From Potamilus streckersoni (lineage: Eukaryota): a stretch of DNA of 64,000 nt. The stretch covers positions 1,014,104-1,078,103 of the forward strand of contig JAEAOA010000822.1 in the NCBI GenBank assembly GCA_016746295.1. The letters run 5' to 3'. The translations under genes and the position numbers were made by a program. The notes under the pieces were generated by a model. It saw only the letters and a list, made by a program, of their open reading frames with translations, was not told where the DNA came from and did no database searches. Position 1 is the first letter of the stretch. The number at the start of each line of letters is the position of its first letter. Positions 61,396 through 64,000 of this stretch are shown in pieces.

Positions 61396-64000
61396 CTGTT
61401 AAAAGCAAAGTGAAGTAGTTTACAAGTATAAAATGAGAGAAGTTTATGTAGCAATAGAAAAAGAATGGCCAAGCAGCCAAGGACAAACGCACAATTTTCT
61501 ATCATTTTACAAATATGTATATAGATTGTGAATTAAAACTAATTGTTCACAAAATTGTTAAATTTCTTAGTAACAGGCAAGCATATCAATTTAGAATTTG
61601 TCCAAATGACATCAAATGTGTACACATTCCATCTCATTTGTTTCATCACTTGTATCCTTAAGTTGCTTACATCAATGAAAAAAAAAAAGGCCTAGGACGA
61701 TGGACTTTTGTCACAACCAAATGTTATGTTTATGATGACATCAGCGGACATGTCAATAGAAACCAAAAAATGCCAAATTAAAAAAAACACTACATTTTCT
61801 AACTTTGCAAAAATGTGGCCACTTCTGACCCAAGCTTTACTCAATTATTTGACACAGTAACGAATGGACTTTTGCCAGATCCACTAAAGCTGGCTTTGCA
61901 TGGAGTGCTCAATAATGCATGTACCTTTCATCAAAGCAAGCTGGCCTTAGACTTCAATAATAAAAAAAAAACTTCAAAGGAAGTCTGCATCAAGCTTGAA
62001 TAAAAGCAATGGAATCGGGTCAACTGCTTCATCTTCCCAAAGTGACTGGAACATGATGAAGGCCTACTAACCAGAATAGCACGCAAAATTAAATCTCTCG
62101 AAACTAGATATCTGGCCATAAATGAAGCTGATGATGGGTCCGCTCAAAAATGCTGGGAAAATTTTTTTTACATTCCGAACAGCTTTTCATTTCCTTGCAT
62201 GGCAGCCTAGACAAGATGCACAGATTTGTTTCAATAAGAGCACACTATAGGCCAATTCTGAACATGTACATGCAGCAACTACCCAGCAATGTGCATACTT
62301 TGTTTCAATTACAATGTAAGTGGTGGAATTGAGTAATTAATAGCCATTAACACTGAATTTGTTGTAATTAATCTGATACAGTTTAAATGTAACTGAAGCT
62401 CTTGATTTGTGCAATTGCTCAATTAGAAATAAATTACAACACCAAAGATTCAAACAAACTATACATATTTATCTTAACTTGCAAAAATTGCGCTAATAAT
62501 ATATGAATTATCATACAAGAAGCAATAAAGCTAAGTTTTACCAAAGAAAATTTCTATAAATGATTTTACTCATTCAACTGGGGGAATCAGACTTGGGTTC
62601 AACTACAATGCAATTGTTGTTAATTACATAATTATAATTGCTCTGCCTTTGTAATTTTAGATCACTGATATGGAGAAGTCATGATATTGTAATTGAGATA
62701 ATTGAACCAAAGTCTGACCATGTGCAACTGGTGACAAATAATGTTCATAGGTGTGCCTCCAAGTACAAAAATACTGATTGCTTATGACAAAAATTTTCAG
62801 GAACAAATACTAATTTTTAATTTCAATGTATATGTAAATCCTTACAACTTATACATCCATCAGTAAGGTAGGACAGTGCCTTACATAATTAGTGTCAAAG
62901 ATGCAGGTGTTGCACACTTGCATCTTACCGAATGGCACCCTGTTACATTTGGGTGCTCATTCAGAAGGAGCAAGAATGCAACACACTCAAAAACAGGCTG
63001 TATATAGGAGCCTATTCCACACACACACCCCCAATTATTATCAATTCCAATGTACCAACTGTCATTGATAATCTCAATTCTGTGAGATTTTCTTTCTTGC
63101 AATTTTACCATCTGGAAAATGCATGCAAAATAAATCTCCAGTAAGAACAGTAACTCGAAGAGGAAGGTTCATTTCTAAAAGAAATAACCAAATTTTGATA
63201 GAATTACATCAAGGTTCTCTGGTATTTAAATACATCCAAGTTCAGGCTGACTTGTGTATGAAGAAGCATCAAGCTGATGTTTATTAGCTATTTCATACTC
63301 TTGTATTTCGTGTGAGCCTTCATGCCCAATAGCAAAATCACATTAGACAATGTATCAAATGTAAAGTCTTCTCCTTTACTAGATTTCACAAGTTTAAAGA
63401 AGACGAGACAATTGTCCTTTCAGTTCTGTTTTTTGTCTTTTCTAGTGAAAATTCTGAATATTCTGCTTTCCTATCCAACATGTTTAGAAGTTGAACATTA
63501 CAAAGATAGGTTATGAACCAAGTAAGCACTACTATTCTTTATTTTTTACATGAAATTATTAGTGTTTTCTAACAGAAAGGGATGCATACATGAATTCGTC
63601 ACATGCATATACAGTATTGAAAACCAGGCAACAGAAAAAATTAGTGTTTCTTACTGTAGTGGTTTTAAAATCAAGATAGGTAGCTTTTTCTTAAACATAA
63701 TAAGATGATTTATATCACGTGCTACAATAGTAACACAAATACAAGTTCTCAATAAAAGTAGAATCTCTTCATTTACTCAGAACTCAAATAATTTTCTTCT
63801 ACTAAAGACAGGTCAACTCTTGCAGACTTCACAGCCACCAACCCATACCGAGATCCATTTTCGTCAAGACTACCTCGGGGCCACAGAATGGTAATATAAA
63901 CGGGTAGTACAGAATTTAAATACAAACTGTACATATTTTTCTTCAACAAAATCCTAAAAGCCAAATAGCAAGACAAACTTTTCCTCTTTATAAACAGTCC

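Noticed and set aside
61400-64000. Search for the first coding exon (ATG plus Gly-rich N-terminus plus '..AF.DA.QRARQ')
   Set aside because: No minus-strand segment with this signature and a phase-0 donor was found. Exon 1 probably lies beyond the window end. I report no feature here, only an absence.

Overview
This window is eukaryotic (metazoan) nuclear DNA, not a prokaryotic locus. It is AT-rich and lacks dense operon-like coding. It carries long perfect microsatellites ((GT)n, (CT)n, (AT)n and an A52 tract), tRNA-derived SINE copies, degraded non-LTR retrotransposon (LINE) reverse-transcriptase fragments, and spliced exons with canonical AG/GT boundaries. I found no CRISPR array, defense island or operon, and I cannot support any 'undescribed prokaryotic system' here.

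The main gene is on the minus strand, spanning at least 61395 down to 31464 (about 30 kb). It is a multi-exon gene for a far-upstream-element-binding protein / KHSRP-family RNA-binding protein with four KH domains. I reconstructed 18 exons by reading the minus strand directly. The peptide segments align colinearly with human FUBP1/KHSRP as recalled from memory. They include the N-terminal helix 'QIAAKI..KRPLE', four 'IGKGGE' KH cores, a Gly/Arg linker and a Pro/Gly-rich tail. The C-terminal tyrosine motifs 'AAWAAYYAQYY' and 'PDYSAAWAEYYRQQ' are matched almost exactly. The codon phase is continuous across every proposed junction and the stop codon TAA lies at 31464-31466. The exon carrying the start codon was not found and may lie beyond the window end.

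The first ~30 kb holds no recognisable protein-coding gene. It contains two LINE fragments, two tRNA-derived SINE families, a 42-bp minisatellite, a GC-rich degenerate repeat block, a TATA-plus-splice-donor candidate first exon, and a CpG-dense block ending in A52. The taxon cannot be assigned from sequence alone. The repeat landscape would fit an invertebrate such as a mollusc, but that is a guess.
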